Positions 52,347 through 64,000 of a DNA stretch of 64,000 nucleotides are shown here, piece after piece. The notes under the pieces were generated by a model. The model ran no database searches and was not told the DNA's origin. It saw nothing but the letters and a program-made list of their open reading frames with translations. A program made the position numbers and the translations under genes. The number at the start of each line of letters is the position of its first letter. Position 1 is the first letter of the stretch. Origin of the DNA: Adineta vaga (lineage: Eukaryota; Animalia; Rotifera); contig CP075495.1 of the NCBI GenBank assembly GCA_021613535.1, positions 15,314,001 through 15,378,000 of the forward strand, given 5' to 3'.

Positions 52347-54138
52347 TTATTTCTTCAAAACGAATTCATCACCTATTCTATCATCAACATTATGTCGATA
52401 TATGAAATGTAAATGTGTTTGATTCGCTACAATCTGTGTATAACCAAACTGTTGATCATGATATAAATTCCATTTAGCACCGGTATATGTATCGAAATCT
52501 AAATTATGTCCTGCCATTCCAATTAATACATGAACAATACCATCGTCAACACATTGTTCTTGATACATTCGACATGATCGTTCATACGAATGAATATGTG
52601 CAAATAGATTTAAATCAACATGATATTTGTAGAACATGGGTTCTAGAGAACGATGTAACATTTCTGTTATTTTATTACCAATATCACGTACAATCGTTGT
52701 ATACATAGGACGATGTGAACCAACAATCAACCATGGTGTACGTGAACGATTTACTGATTGAAGATCTTTTTCAAGCCACACGTACTGTGTTGATGTAGGT
52801 AGAAAATCATGTTCAGTTGAATAATATAGAATATGAATTGGACCAATATCAAAACTATACCAGAAGAGACCATTACCATTTGATGGTGAATGAAAACGAT
52901 GAACCATTGGCACAGCACATTCACCACCTGAATCATAACCATAATTTCCCCATTCTGGTCGAAATCCACCAGGTCCCGGTGCACCACTTGGATCTTTTTC
53001 ACCTCCAGTAACATGATCATATTCATGATTACCAATACCAACCATATATGGTACTCGAGAAGCAATTGCTTCAATTTGTGTCATAAATGCATCCCACAAT
53101 GCAGCAATACCTCTTGCATAACTTATATCACCAATATGTAACACACAAGTTATATTATCTGTTAATGTTCGTGCATAAACACGATCCATTGTTGATTTTG
53201 CACCAGGTTGTACAGGTGAAACACCCATATCACCAAAAGCAATTAGATTTACTTCGATATTTTTATCAGCAGGTCGATTTGTAAATGAATGAATAGAAGA
53301 CCAACCATGTTCATCACTTCCTACACGATAATAATAAGTTGTTGATGGACGAAGATCTTCTAAAAGTATAGTTTGCATATAACCAGGATCAATGAATGTT
53401 TGTGATCCTGTTATATTTGCTGGTCCTTCACACATATCCGATGCTTGATAAGTAATCGTTGTTCCATGTGCACTCCATTGAAGTAATGAAGGACTTAAGC
53501 CATATTGACATTGAGGTGTAGAAGTTGTTGAATTTGTCACAAATGAAATAAACATTTGATCTATTCGATCACTGTAAGCTAAATGAATTTGTTCTGGTGC
53601 ATTGTAATTCTTTGGTTGAATCATAGGAGATTTGGCCATTAATGTATAATTATCGGAACAATTACCTTCTCGTGAATAATAACGAAATTGCAGTGGACGA
53701 CGTAAATTAATCATTTGCCAAGACATTTTTGTCTGATTAATTTGAATAAATTCATAATCAAAATAATTACATGCACCTAGAGAATTCTAATAAATATAAT
53801 ATTCAATTGAAAAATATTAGTATACCTGTTAATAGTGGAATTTCAATAAAATAAATTCCAATAAAATCATCTTTACAAGATTTCATTGTTGCATTCCACA
53901 TGACAATAATATCTTCATTACTCAGATAAAATGTTGATGAAACATATAAATCATTTATAATTCGTTTAGATGATACAATGGAAAGAAGTGAATCACCTTT
54001 AGTACGATTACATCCATATGGACTTGGTAGATCTTCTAATGAATGATATTTACGAAAAGGTCCATTAAAATTTTCATGATTAATATCACTTCGGATAACA
54101 ATCAACAAACACGAAAAAAGAAAAAACCGACACAACAT
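52347..54138 (-). CDS. Secreted purple acid phosphatase (fn3-PAP + metallophosphoesterase), 2 exons
   Basis: Signal peptide; intron ~53778-53826; PEQIHLA, FGDMG, GDISY, GNHE, GSHRPMY, AHIHSYER. Confidence 0.9.
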
Positions 54139-54763
54139 CAGTTGAAATATAATATTCTTCTGTTAGATACCAAAATTGTTGTTTTCTTTTCTAACATGAT
54201 ATACTGATATCATTCAAGAGTTTCATAGATGAAGAAAGAGAATATAAATGCACTCTTCGTCATAAGAATATTTTCTATATTATAACGGAATTGATTATTC
54301 TCTAGATCGATAATAAGTAGAAACTAAGAGTTATTTTCTAAATATATCAAAGAAATTAGAATGATAGCAGATTCTGATTATATATTTGAAAATGTTACTT
54401 TTGGTTAATGATGAGTATAATACGAAAAGAATCTTTGCCTTTAAAAAGAGATATTGTCACATTGAAAAAGGATATCAAAAGTTTGATTTTATAGTAGAGT
54501 TACATTAGTAAAAGTACTGAGCAATTTAAATATTCCGTATTTCTCTAAGAAGAATTACCTCATTATCGAGGATATTTCTCGAAAGTAAATGATGATGTGC
54601 ATGTATGAATAATTCTTTTTTATCATTATCGGTATTTTGACATTCTGCGATATGCCTATAAGAGTTGAATTAAAATATTAAAAAAAAGTATTTTTCAACC
54701 AAATAAAATAGATTTATTTGTATAAGAAAAGAACAATATACGATTCATAATCTCAGTTCATAA

Positions 54764-55054
54764 TTATTCGATATTCGGCGCGACGGCTGTAGCTTTGTAC
54801 CCGCCTCGCTGCCAATCAGTACTGAGAATGCCCTTCCCAATGATGTTACAAAATAAACGATTTCTCGCTTCTTGAATTCCAGTGTCTATATGATCAAGTA
54901 AATTTTCGTTGACATAATCAAGAATATACTTTTGCTGTTTCATAATCTCATGTTCAGATGCAGCGATATTCGCGAGTAGATGGAGAACTGTTAGAACGCA
55001 TGTTCTGTCTTGAACTTGTACAGCTCGTTTAAGTAGAAGCATCAATTGATTCAA
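54764..55054 (-). pseudogene. Coding-like exon of unknown function interrupted by the MULE insertion
   Basis: ~96 open codons LNQLMLLLKRAVQ...APNIE* start right at the element edge; frame continues on the far flank (SFFSHYSSTPSK) up to a stop. Confidence 0.35.
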
Positions 55055-57057
55055 CGGGAAACGGACAGTTGCTCGCGCGGACAGTTGCGAACGGACATTT
55101 ACTCGTTCGGACATTTGCTCGTTAGGACAATTGCTCGCTAGGATATTTGCTCGCATAATGTAAAATAGAGACGATGTGTAGTGAGAAGAAATAAATTATA
55201 TTATGGAACATTGAACAATATTACAAGAAATATTCAACAATGATATCAAATAATTACACAGTATGTAAAGAAAAAATTTAAATATTATAGAGACAGCAAA
55301 CGTCCAATGTATGTTATTTGATCATATATATTTTGATGTGGATTTTCTACAAGTTCTCGAAGTCGTCTGTTGAATTGTTCGTGTTTTCCTGCAGGTGGTC
55401 GTCTTCCGGTCATAGCATTAATAATATCCACATGAACATTATTTTCTTCTCTGATTAATTTGTCTAAGAATGCCCATAAAGTTGGATGACAACATTGAAA
55501 AGCACAATTTAATTTTCTATGCCAACCTTCCACATGATTGTTGGTTCTATGAAGATCGAGTTTTACACGAGCCGACATGTTCCAAAATGCAACTGGATAA
55601 GATGGTTGTCTTCTTGTACGACCACGTATTCGTCCGATATAATTATCTTCTATATAATCTAATATTGGTTGATAGACATCGTCCAACTTCGAACAAAGTA
55701 ATTCAAAACCATCAATAATATTAGTTGGATCAAGAAATGCTAATGCTAATATTTTGTGTATATTGTCAGCAAATATTACATCTGTTTCGTAGTTTTGCTT
55801 GAAACCATGGTTCTAGAATTACAATTAGTATTATGGATTTAACAATGAAAACATTGTTTCTAAAATTTACCTGTAAAAAACGAAGAACGTTCTGACAAAA
55901 ATGGAAATAACATCCACTAAGTTCAATACCAGGAAATGTACGTTCAAAAACATTTTGTGTAGCTTTCTCAAAATCCATCATAACTCTATGTGGTTGCCAG
56001 GCTGGAACCATTTGGCGAATTTCGTCCAACATTTTTTGATAAATTTGTTCTTTTTTCGATGGTAAAAGGACAAATGCTACTGGAATAACATGGTCACGAT
56101 AACTTGCATGTATAGCAAACAATTGGAAAAAAATCTCTGGAACGACTTTAAACGTTCCATCAATAAAAAACTCCTAAAGAAAATCAATAATTTGTTGAAT
56201 GTAAACCTTTGAAAACTTACTGCAGCATTTTCCATGATGGATTGTTGCTCATCAGTAAAAAATAATAAGAATCGATTCGGACCTGGACCAGTATCTTTTC
56301 GAAAAAAAGAAGAATTTCGTGTTGTATTGTGATATTTTAATGGAACAACAGGAAAATCAATATTTGTCGGTGTTGGTTCAGTAGTATGTTCTTGACGCCA
56401 ACGACGAATATTCCGTTTTAAATTAGAAGTACTTGGTAAACAAACGAGCACTTCATCAGGTACGCCGATATTTGTTTGTGTTAAAACATTATGTGTAGTT
56501 GTTTGATTTTGTTGACATTCAGAGCGTAAGTGTTCATAATATTTACGAGTTGCTTCATCTTTTGAGTTACCAATATGGTTTTCATGTTGACCAACAGTTT
56601 TAATAAATTCATAATTTAATTTTGTATGTAATCGACCATGACAAACATATTTTCTCGCATAAATACATTTCCACAAAATCTTTGTTTCATTTTTATGATC
56701 AATTGTATAAGAATAACCATTATATATTAATAAAGGTTTCTCTTTAGACGTTTTTGTTATAGTGACAGACATATCTCTTTTTGTGAAATGACTATTGCAT
56801 ATCTTATTTATAGAGAAATATCTTTTATTCAATGTGGCTTATCATTAAGTTTAAATTATCAATCAAAGAAACAGGACAAAAATTAAGTCAATTTGTTCCT
56901 TAAGGTGATCATTCTTCAATCGGATATCAATTTGCTTTATTGGTTTCTTTTTCATGATTTTATTCACATTTTTCATAATAGTCTCTTGTACGAGCAAATA
57001 TCCTATCGAGCAAGTGTCCTAGCGAGCAAATGTTCGCGCGCAACTGTCCTAGACCCG
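55055..57057 (-). mobile_element. Mutator-like (MULE) DNA transposon, ~2.0 kb, with internally repetitive TIRs
   Basis: Ends cgggaaacggacagttgc.. / ..gcaactgtcctagacccg; TIRs made of ~15-bp ggacanttgctcgnn units (about 6 left, 4 right). Confidence 0.9.
55285..56772 (-). CDS. FLYWCH-type Zn finger + MULE DDE transposase, 3 exons, ~460 aa, apparently intact
   Basis: WKC..CHGRLHT..HENH; FIDGTFK (D), MMDFEKA (D), GCYFHFCQ (CxxH), RTNNHVEGWH (E); phase-0 introns ~56173-56220 and ~55813-55870 give an open frame. Confidence 0.92.
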
Positions 57058-58088
57058 TTTTGAAGGTGTTGATGAATAATGACTAAAAAAGCTACGTCAT
57101 ATTTCCAGTTTTATCATAAAATTAAAGCCAGAAAATATCTAGTAACGATTCATTTCAAATATTAGAATATGTTTTCATGATGACTAGAATTTGAAGATAA
57201 TCGTCAATGTGAAACTATCTCTATTACAAGTATTGTTTGTAATTCAAATTTTATCAATAGAATTTTCAAATGTGATTATCAATTTCTTCCTTAAACAATT
57301 AGAGATACATTTAATTTTGAGTAATTGTGACAAAAATCTAAATGTACATCAAATTTTGAAGATACAATCTCTGTGGTTGTACATACTGGTAGAAATTACA
57401 TATATTTTATTTGATATCATTGATAAAACTAGATTCTTTTGTTTTCATGAATTTATTGACTTTAAAAAATGATTATGAATGAGATAATGACTTGCCTTGA
57501 TTATCTCCGAATACACATGTTTTCTATTGCGATGAAAATGCGTCGTAATTACTCGTAACTGCGACGTAGGTGTTAAAAACTAAGTTACATGGGTATGAGT
57601 AAAGCGAGAAAAAAAACACTTTCTACTTATTATGATACTAGATCGAACTTCGTTTTCTAAAATGGAAAAACTATGGTTTTGTCTTCTAGACTATCTCTGT
57701 TTCTCAAATACAGTAGTCAGAATTTGCGTAAGTATTAAGTCCGAGTAGAGGCCCCCAGCCTCCCATAGTCTCCTCCGTGACTCTGGTAATAATTATAAAC
57801 TCAAATCATCAGCCATCCTTGGGAATATTTTTTAATAAATTAAATTTTTCGTGTAATAAAACATCAATGATTAGCGACATACTTCGATATATTTACCTTT
57901 TTATATTTCTTTTTTTTTCTATATCAATCTGTGGATGTAAGATACACAACGAAAAATACATCAAACATTGTCTCTCGCTATGAATCGTTTTCATACAACT
58001 AGTGAAGCATATATTTCGCCTACCATTTATTCTAATCAATACCTAAACGAATATTTCTTTTTCTACCTTATTAATCACAACGATAAAA

Positions 58089-59225
58089 ATGAATATAACA
58101 AATATTAACATGATAATTCTGATCTTTGTCAATGTTCTGATCATTCCTTTCACATGGTTTCTATTGCGTTTTATTTTCAAACCAAAATCCTTGGAAAACA
58201 AAAGTGAAACAAATGAACATGATGAACATTCGATATTAGTTGTTGCTGATAACAGTGAAGAGAAGTCCAAAGGAAATATTCGTGATATTTATGAAGGTGA
58301 ATGTGCAGGTGATTATTCAACAAAATGGACATTAACATATGATTTGGTATTTTTAATTATTATGATTTGTTTTCTCATTATTCTTTGTACTTTAACAACA
58401 ATTTATACGCCAATTATCTGGAGTGATTGGAAATTTTGGTTAAAAGAATTCATATCATTTATTTTAATTATTATTGGTGTCTTTTGTGGTGGATTAATAT
58501 GTCGACATTATTGTGAAATTGATGACAATGGTTATATTCTAACAAATAGATCAAGTCATTTCAAAGTGAATTATACAAAAAAATTTCAACATTTGTTTGT
58601 TCATTTAGTTCCATTAGTAATATCAAGAACTAAAAAACATGATTTAACAGCAAATAGTCTTATCTATTTATGTTGGAGTTATTACGTAATGCTTTTATCA
58701 AATTTAATTTTGATCAAACCATTGCGTGAACGATCAAAGTTTTTGATGATACAATTCAATTCGATTGATCGTCCGGAAGACCGCCCAAACACATTACTAT
58801 GGGTAACTCTTTGTAATATGATTTCAAGTAATATCATTACAGTATTTTATCGTTGGTTGTATCAAGTGGCTGGTCTTAATTATTATTTAATTTTTATATT
58901 TTCATTAGTTAATACAGTTGGTGATGGTTTAGCTGAACCTATTGGTGTTTATTTCGGTAAACATCGATATAAAACTCGGGGTTGTTGTAATCGAACAAGA
59001 TATGAACGATCATTTGAAGGTTCATCATGTGTTTTTATCTCTACAGTGTTTTTCATATTGATATTTTCATTTGCTTTTCGTACTGATTCTCAATTATGGA
59101 TTACTTTACTTATACTTCCAATATCCATGACAATAGCAGAAGCTACAAGTCCACATACATGTGATTCACCATTTTTACAAGGTACTGGTGGTCTTATTAT
59201 ATTTCTAATTGTTTATTTTATTTAA
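58089..59225 (+). CDS. Polytopic membrane protein of the CTP_transf_1 / phytol kinase / dolichol kinase superfamily, intronless; HGT candidate
   Basis: KVNYTKKFQH, DRPEDRPNTL, VGDGLAEPIGVYFGKHRY, RSFEGS, AEATSPHTCD; ~9-10 TM segments. Confidence 0.75.
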   Translation: MNITNINMIILIFVNVLIIPFTWFLLRFIFKPKSLENKSETNEHDEHSILVVADNSEEKSKGNIRDIYEGECAGDYSTKWTLTYDLVFLIIMICFLIILCTLTTIYTPIIWSDWKFWLKEFISFILIIIGVFCGGLICRHYCEIDDNGYILTNRSSHFKVNYTKKFQHLFVHLVPLVISRTKKHDLTANSLIYLCWSYYVMLLSNLILIKPLRERSKFLMIQFNSIDRPEDRPNTLLWVTLCNMISSNIITVFYRWLYQVAGLNYYLIFIFSLVNTVGDGLAEPIGVYFGKHRYKTRGCCNRTRYERSFEGSSCVFISTVFFILIFSFAFRTDSQLWITLLILPISMTIAEATSPHTCDSPFLQGTGGLIIFLIVYFI

Positions 59226-60248
59226 AATGAAATAAAAAAAACTGACATCGTAAAGAAATTATTAGTTTTTTGACGAAGAGCAACGACTATTGAAATGAAC
59301 CGTATCTGTTCTGATTAAAATAGAAAGATAATGTATGACATTGAATCATCAGCGTTGGCGGTATGGTGGCAAAACGGCGCAAAACGTGTGAGCGAAAAGT
59401 TTTTTTCTGAAATATCACTAGTACAAAGACTACGGGTAAATGTCGATATTCTCCTTTAGCTTTAAGCAACTGATCGTTTGCATTAGTAATAATAAGAAAC
59501 ATAGTTCGAGATAACCAAGTATATCAAATCAAGAAAGTTGTCTAACTCAAACAGCTTCTACCGTTTTACTGATTAAAACAAATGAGTTGTCACTGAAACG
59601 ACGTCGTCATCACGTTGACATATATAGAGGTGATTTAAAAACAAATATGTATATATTTTCATGCGTATAACATTTATTTGAAAATGTAACAGAAAAAAAA
59701 CAAAATCACTAAACGCTTTGATAGAACGTTATGATATGAGTTAGAATATAAATGAAGATTCAACTGTTTGTTATAACTTCGAAAATAAATGGTAAAAAAG
59801 ACAACTATAACTTGTAGATAACGTAGGAGTAGATGCATTTATATTGTATTTCTATGTCCTTCTGTGAAAATAGGAATCGATTTATTTTGGTTTTTTTTAA
59901 TTCTAACTCACATATATAGAAATGTCTATATCCAAATATGAATTAGAGGTACGTACAACTGAAACTCTGTCTTCCTCAAGAATTAATTTTATGTTAAGAT
60001 TTGTTTTTGAAATCTCCATTTATATTTGAACTCGAATTCGACATCTACTCGACATGTGCTTGTGTAGCAAAGAAGAATGAAAAAATACATATGTAGTGAT
60101 GTTAAGTCATTTCGATCGAACGTAAAAGAAAAGACGACAGATTCACCATTCGAAATTGACTGTCGCTGTTGAATTCAGATACAAATCTATAGAATAGTTG
60201 CAACAAATATGACATCAATGTTTCCATTTTTATATTCATCTCATGACT

Positions 60249-60382
60249 TCAAGTCGAACAATCTGTCGAGGAACCGGTCGGTTCCGTAGTATTTCGTCAG
60301 GAATCCTGTCGGAAACGGTGAGTTTCCTGAGGGTTTTCACCGGAAATTCATGGAATACTCCGTTAGGAATCATCGATCTGGG
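60249..60382. mobile_element. GC-rich short element ending in gga..catcgatctggg (MITE-like)
   Basis: Imperfect TIRs tcaagtcgaacaatc / gaatcatcgatctggg; internal cgga/tccg palindromes. Confidence 0.5.
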
Positions 60383-60829
60383 ACGACTTCTGCCGAAATG
60401 GCGGACACGTACGATGCCGTATAGTATGTATCACCTGTTATTCTTCTTGGTCGAGATTAGACGTCTTGAGAAAAAGTTCATCGAAATTTAGAAAGTACAT
60501 GGCTATTTTTCCATTCATGCAACACGTATGTAGACTGTTATTTAACCTCCTAAGTACCGAAAAAATTCTGTCGTTCTGTTGGATACGGAAGAAAGACGGC
60601 GAATCATTCTCGCTCTAGTGAATAGAGCTGCTGAACTGTCTGGCAGAACGAAAGAAAATATTTTGTGCCTCCATCTTGTCTTCAGTCTGAAGGCAGCGGT
60701 ATCCAAGAGGTTAAACAACCTTAATAATTTTTCGTCTTTTTTGCATCAATATAATTTTTTTGAAAAAAATATAATGTTTAGATAATTGTAAGTTTTTTTA
60801 TGTTCTAGGCATTGCTCTTGAAACAGAAA

Positions 60830-60920
60830 CTCAGGTCCACCAATCTCATGCTCGGATCCGATCGGATTTTGTCGCATCATCGGATCCTATAAGATCCGTT
60901 GTCGGATTCGTGAATCTGGG
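60830..60920. mobile_element. Second GC-rich short element of related type
   Basis: ctcaggtccaccaatc ... gattcgtgaatctggg; repeated cggatcc motifs. Confidence 0.5.
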
Positions 60921-61133
60921 AGCAAATGCAGTTGTTAAACGTTTATGATAGAACAAAGATCAAATTAGCTCAACGTTCGCCATTATTTTAACCTGTTCAA
61001 TGGAATAGTTTACTTACAGCAACTCAGCAGATGTCATTAAAAATTAGTTTGATTGCTATGGAATTACATGGATTAGAACGTAAGTTGATTTAAATTATAT
61101 AAAGCATTTTTATTGATGATTTTCTTTAGAATT

Positions 61134-61198
61134 CATCTTGAGGGTGTGGGTGTAGGTGTTAGATAGATGTAATACTAACACACCCACACCCAGCTCAG
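61134..61198. repeat. Hairpin element with telomere-like TGTGGG arms
   Basis: catcttgagggtgtgggtgtaggtgttag ... ctaacacacccacacccagctcag. Confidence 0.65.
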
Positions 61199-61944
61199 TA
61201 TCGGTTCACCATCCATCCAATATCTGTTGGATTTTTTCGGTGCTCGGATGCCTGCACTTTCCCTCTTGGTATCCATACCAAAAATTCTGCTTTGTCTGAG
61301 CATTAGGCGAGAGCAAAATAGCTGTCCTGATTTCTACCGTGTTAAACTTCTACATGTTCTCATATATTGACTAATTCTTAATATGTTTTATCTCTTCCTC
61401 TGTTGGTTTTCTCACTAAATAAAATAAAGTTTTCTTTTATCTTCTTTACAATGTTTGACTCACACACTCTTTTCTAACGAATATTATTGCAAATAAACAA
61501 TGAATAAATAAAAATGACTTGTATATAAAATTATTCTACGCTTAGAAGCAAATCACGTTACTATATTCAACATCTTGTTTTTTTAATTACTGATGTTCCA
61601 AAATTTTCACTATATCAATTTACAAATGAATGCACTTTGGAAGAACAGGCATGCGAAGATATCGCCACAAAACGTTAAAAGAACAAATATTTATTTTACT
61701 ATGTAATATAAAATAAAATGAGTTATGAATTTATTTCGTATTCAATAATAATGTCAATAAAAACGCTATTTGTTTTTCTTCTTATCTCACCTTTAATATA
61801 CAACTAAAGTAGTGACAAAAAATTCGGCGAAATGAAGTTAATAGATTGTTGTGTATATATTGCTTCTGTATAGCTCTCTATGAATCTGAGTGTGTTTTAA
61901 AAGAAAATTATATTTGAGATTTATATAACGCAAATACAAAAATA

Positions 61945-63166
61945 ATGGATGTTGCATACAAGTATATGAACGAAGCTGATATTAGTAAAGAGTTGATTTG
62001 CAGTATTTGTCAGTCGCCTTTTCAGAATCCATGTTGTACTCCATGTGGTGATACATTTTGTAATACATGTATTACAGATTGGATTCAGGCATCAAATAAC
62101 TCTTGTCCTCTTTGCCGATGTATTATATCGATAAATACACTTACTCAAGTTCCTCGTGCTCTACGCAATATACTAGATCAACTTCCGGTCAAATGTATTG
62201 CATGTGGGCAGACTGAAATACAACGAGTGAATATTGATGAACATATTCAAAAATCTTGTCCTAAGAAAATAGTTGTATGCCTAGCAGCAGATATTACATG
62301 TCCATGGATAGGACCACAAGATCAGCTTAATATACACTTATTGAATTGTCGATTTGAACCAGTTAGATCTATAATTACCGAACTTATGGAAAAAAATCAC
62401 CATTCAGAAGAACAAAGACATGAATACATGACTCAAATAGTTGAACAAGTGGATGAAATTGAATATCTCAGAGATAAAGTACATCAGCAAGGAGATGAAA
62501 TAAGAAGACATGAAAATCAAATTGGACACCTTCGAGAACAAGTAGCACGGTTAAGTACGCAAGCTAATACACACGAACAAGACGAACGACAACTTCAAGC
62601 AGAATTAAGAAGAAAAAACAATCAAATAGAATCTTTAACAATTGAACTACGTAAGTGAAAGGATCTGAATAACACGTGTACATATGAAACGTTATCTGTT
62701 ACGCATACATTTGTTTCTCTAACTAAATATTTTCTTGAACTCACACTTTTTATTGCTTAATGACGAGATAGAGTCAGAAAGTGTCTTATTTATCTGTATC
62801 CAGTAATTATGTTTCCATTAGGAGAATCACTTACAGTCTTGCTCTTTCTCTGCAGATTGATTGATTGAAATGATTGTTCATTTAGAAGAACAACAAGCCA
62901 GGATTGGTACACGAATTCGAACTTTATTCGACACTTGTATTGGTACCTGTTCTCGATGCAACGATTGTACTGAAAATGTTCGTTGGCGTCATATTTACAT
63001 TTTTGTTTTTACAGCTATTGCCCTTACTTGTATTATTGCTGCTGTTATTTTTGGCGTTCGTCATCAAAATACTACTGACATTTATCGAGCTGTTTCTCTT
63101 TTCTTTGGTGCTATTTTTTGTACTGCTGCTGCTTTGACTATATATTGCTTAAATCATGATACATAA
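61945..63166 (+). CDS. RING + TRAF-type Zn finger + coiled-coil protein with two C-terminal TM helices (2 exons)
   Basis: CSICQSPF..CGDTFCNTC..CPLCR; CIACG..HIQKSC, CPWIG..HLLNC; phase-1 intron ~62651-62885 joins an exon with two hydrophobic helices. Confidence 0.8.
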
Positions 63167-63279
63167 TAAAAATATATGTCGAAAGTTACAGTTGCTTTTT
63201 TTGCCTTTCATCAATCATTATGCTTTATTACGTTCATGAATTTTAAATACAATAAATGGTCATGTCTAACTTATAAATC

Positions 63280-64000
63280 AACTAGCGGAGTTACCCGCTG
63301 CAAAGAAGACGCAAATTCACTTTTTTCGTCTACAACAGTGCTCTTCTCGTCACGTTCCGAACCTCTCCATTGATATGCACCCGTCGCGTATCAAAATATC
63401 CGGCCACTCTCCTTTCCACTGTACCTTAGTCAGTGTAATCCTACTGGACGTCGCTTAGCGCGTATCAGGTGCCTTCGACAGGTCTTTTTTCAGAAGTTTC
63501 AACATCTTTTCTTTAGGTGTTTCTTACTGGTCTTCTCTCACTATGTATACGACACACAGCTCTGTTCCTTTTAAACCCACTCCTCGACAGATGTGCGTAT
63601 TATCAGACGTCCGCTGCAATCCATTCTCTAGTTTATAAACTCCACTTTCACTCCCTCCCGGTAGAGTAGTCACTTTGCTCGAGATTCAGTTCTTTTTGAG
63701 AACCCAATACATGTCTTGCAGTTGTCCACCTTGGATACAGACAGTTTATCGCCGCTGGATCAACTCTCACCCAATCTCATTCCTCCATCACCCTTGGAGG
63801 TGAGGATCCTCCTCGAATTTCCGTAGAGTCAAGGCGAGTTCTGTGAAATATTTCGTCACGCTGGCTATCGTAGGAACAAAACATATTTCCTATAGTATGA
63901 GTTGGGCGAACTTCACTCAGTCCCTCTCCCTTGCCCCGGATGGTGATACTAAACCCACATCGAACTTCCTTGGGATCTAGGGAAGTCGTGTTTAAAGTTT
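63280..64000. other. Compositionally distinct GC-richer segment, unidentified; runs off window end
   Basis: Abrupt rise in GC relative to the window; no intact ORF; minus-strand frame with scattered stops. Confidence 0.35.

Larger units (their letters stand above)
60054..61111 (+). repeat. Dispersed repeat copy B, split by inserted sequence including two MITE-like elements
   Basis: Matches 45691-45772 and 45947-46102 with substitutions. Confidence 0.75.

Noticed and set aside
55060-55157. Tandem ~15-bp repeats resembling a CRISPR array
   Set aside because: No unique spacers, mirrored at 56989-57057 as the other TIR of a MULE; eukaryotic context, no cas genes
57541-57566. Small GC hairpin cgtcgtaattac-tc-gtaactgcgacg as Helitron 3' end or ncRNA
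   Set aside because: Imperfect, single occurrence, no properly spaced CTRR terminus

Overview
AT-rich eukaryotic genomic DNA with very short (mostly ~45-65 nt) GT-AG introns. Gene families (NHL-repeat, LDLa/EGF-GPCR, F-box/LRR, polycystin-like), several bacterial/fungal-type enzymes and TGTGGG motifs point to a bdelloid rotifer (inference). The ORF track is fragmented by introns, so genes were rebuilt by hand. Order: EF-hand (NCS-like) remnant; SLC2 sugar transporter; an ~18.5 kb, ~16-exon gene for a giant (~5,800 aa, estimated) RNF213/mysterin-like AAA+ protein; three co-oriented HGT-type enzymes (M20D amidohydrolase, isochorismatase-family hydrolase, PhyH dioxygenase); frameshifted NHL gene; LDLa-EGF-7TM receptor; SLC22 transporter; polycystin and F-box pseudogenes; 6-phosphogluconolactonase; an NTMT1/ethanolamine-kinase chimeric remnant; legumain; a 2OG-Fe(II) oxygenase-WD40 fusion; purple acid phosphatase; an intact FLYWCH-MULE transposon; a phytol/dolichol-kinase-like membrane protein; a RING-TRAF-Zn-coiled-coil-TM gene; several MITE-like elements. 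Best candidate for a new system: the RNF213-like giant has a GOLD-like N-arm module, no recognisable RING, a short HYDCGC loop where the RZ finger should be, and a tail of about eight ubiquitin-like domains. All family calls come from motif recognition, not database searches.
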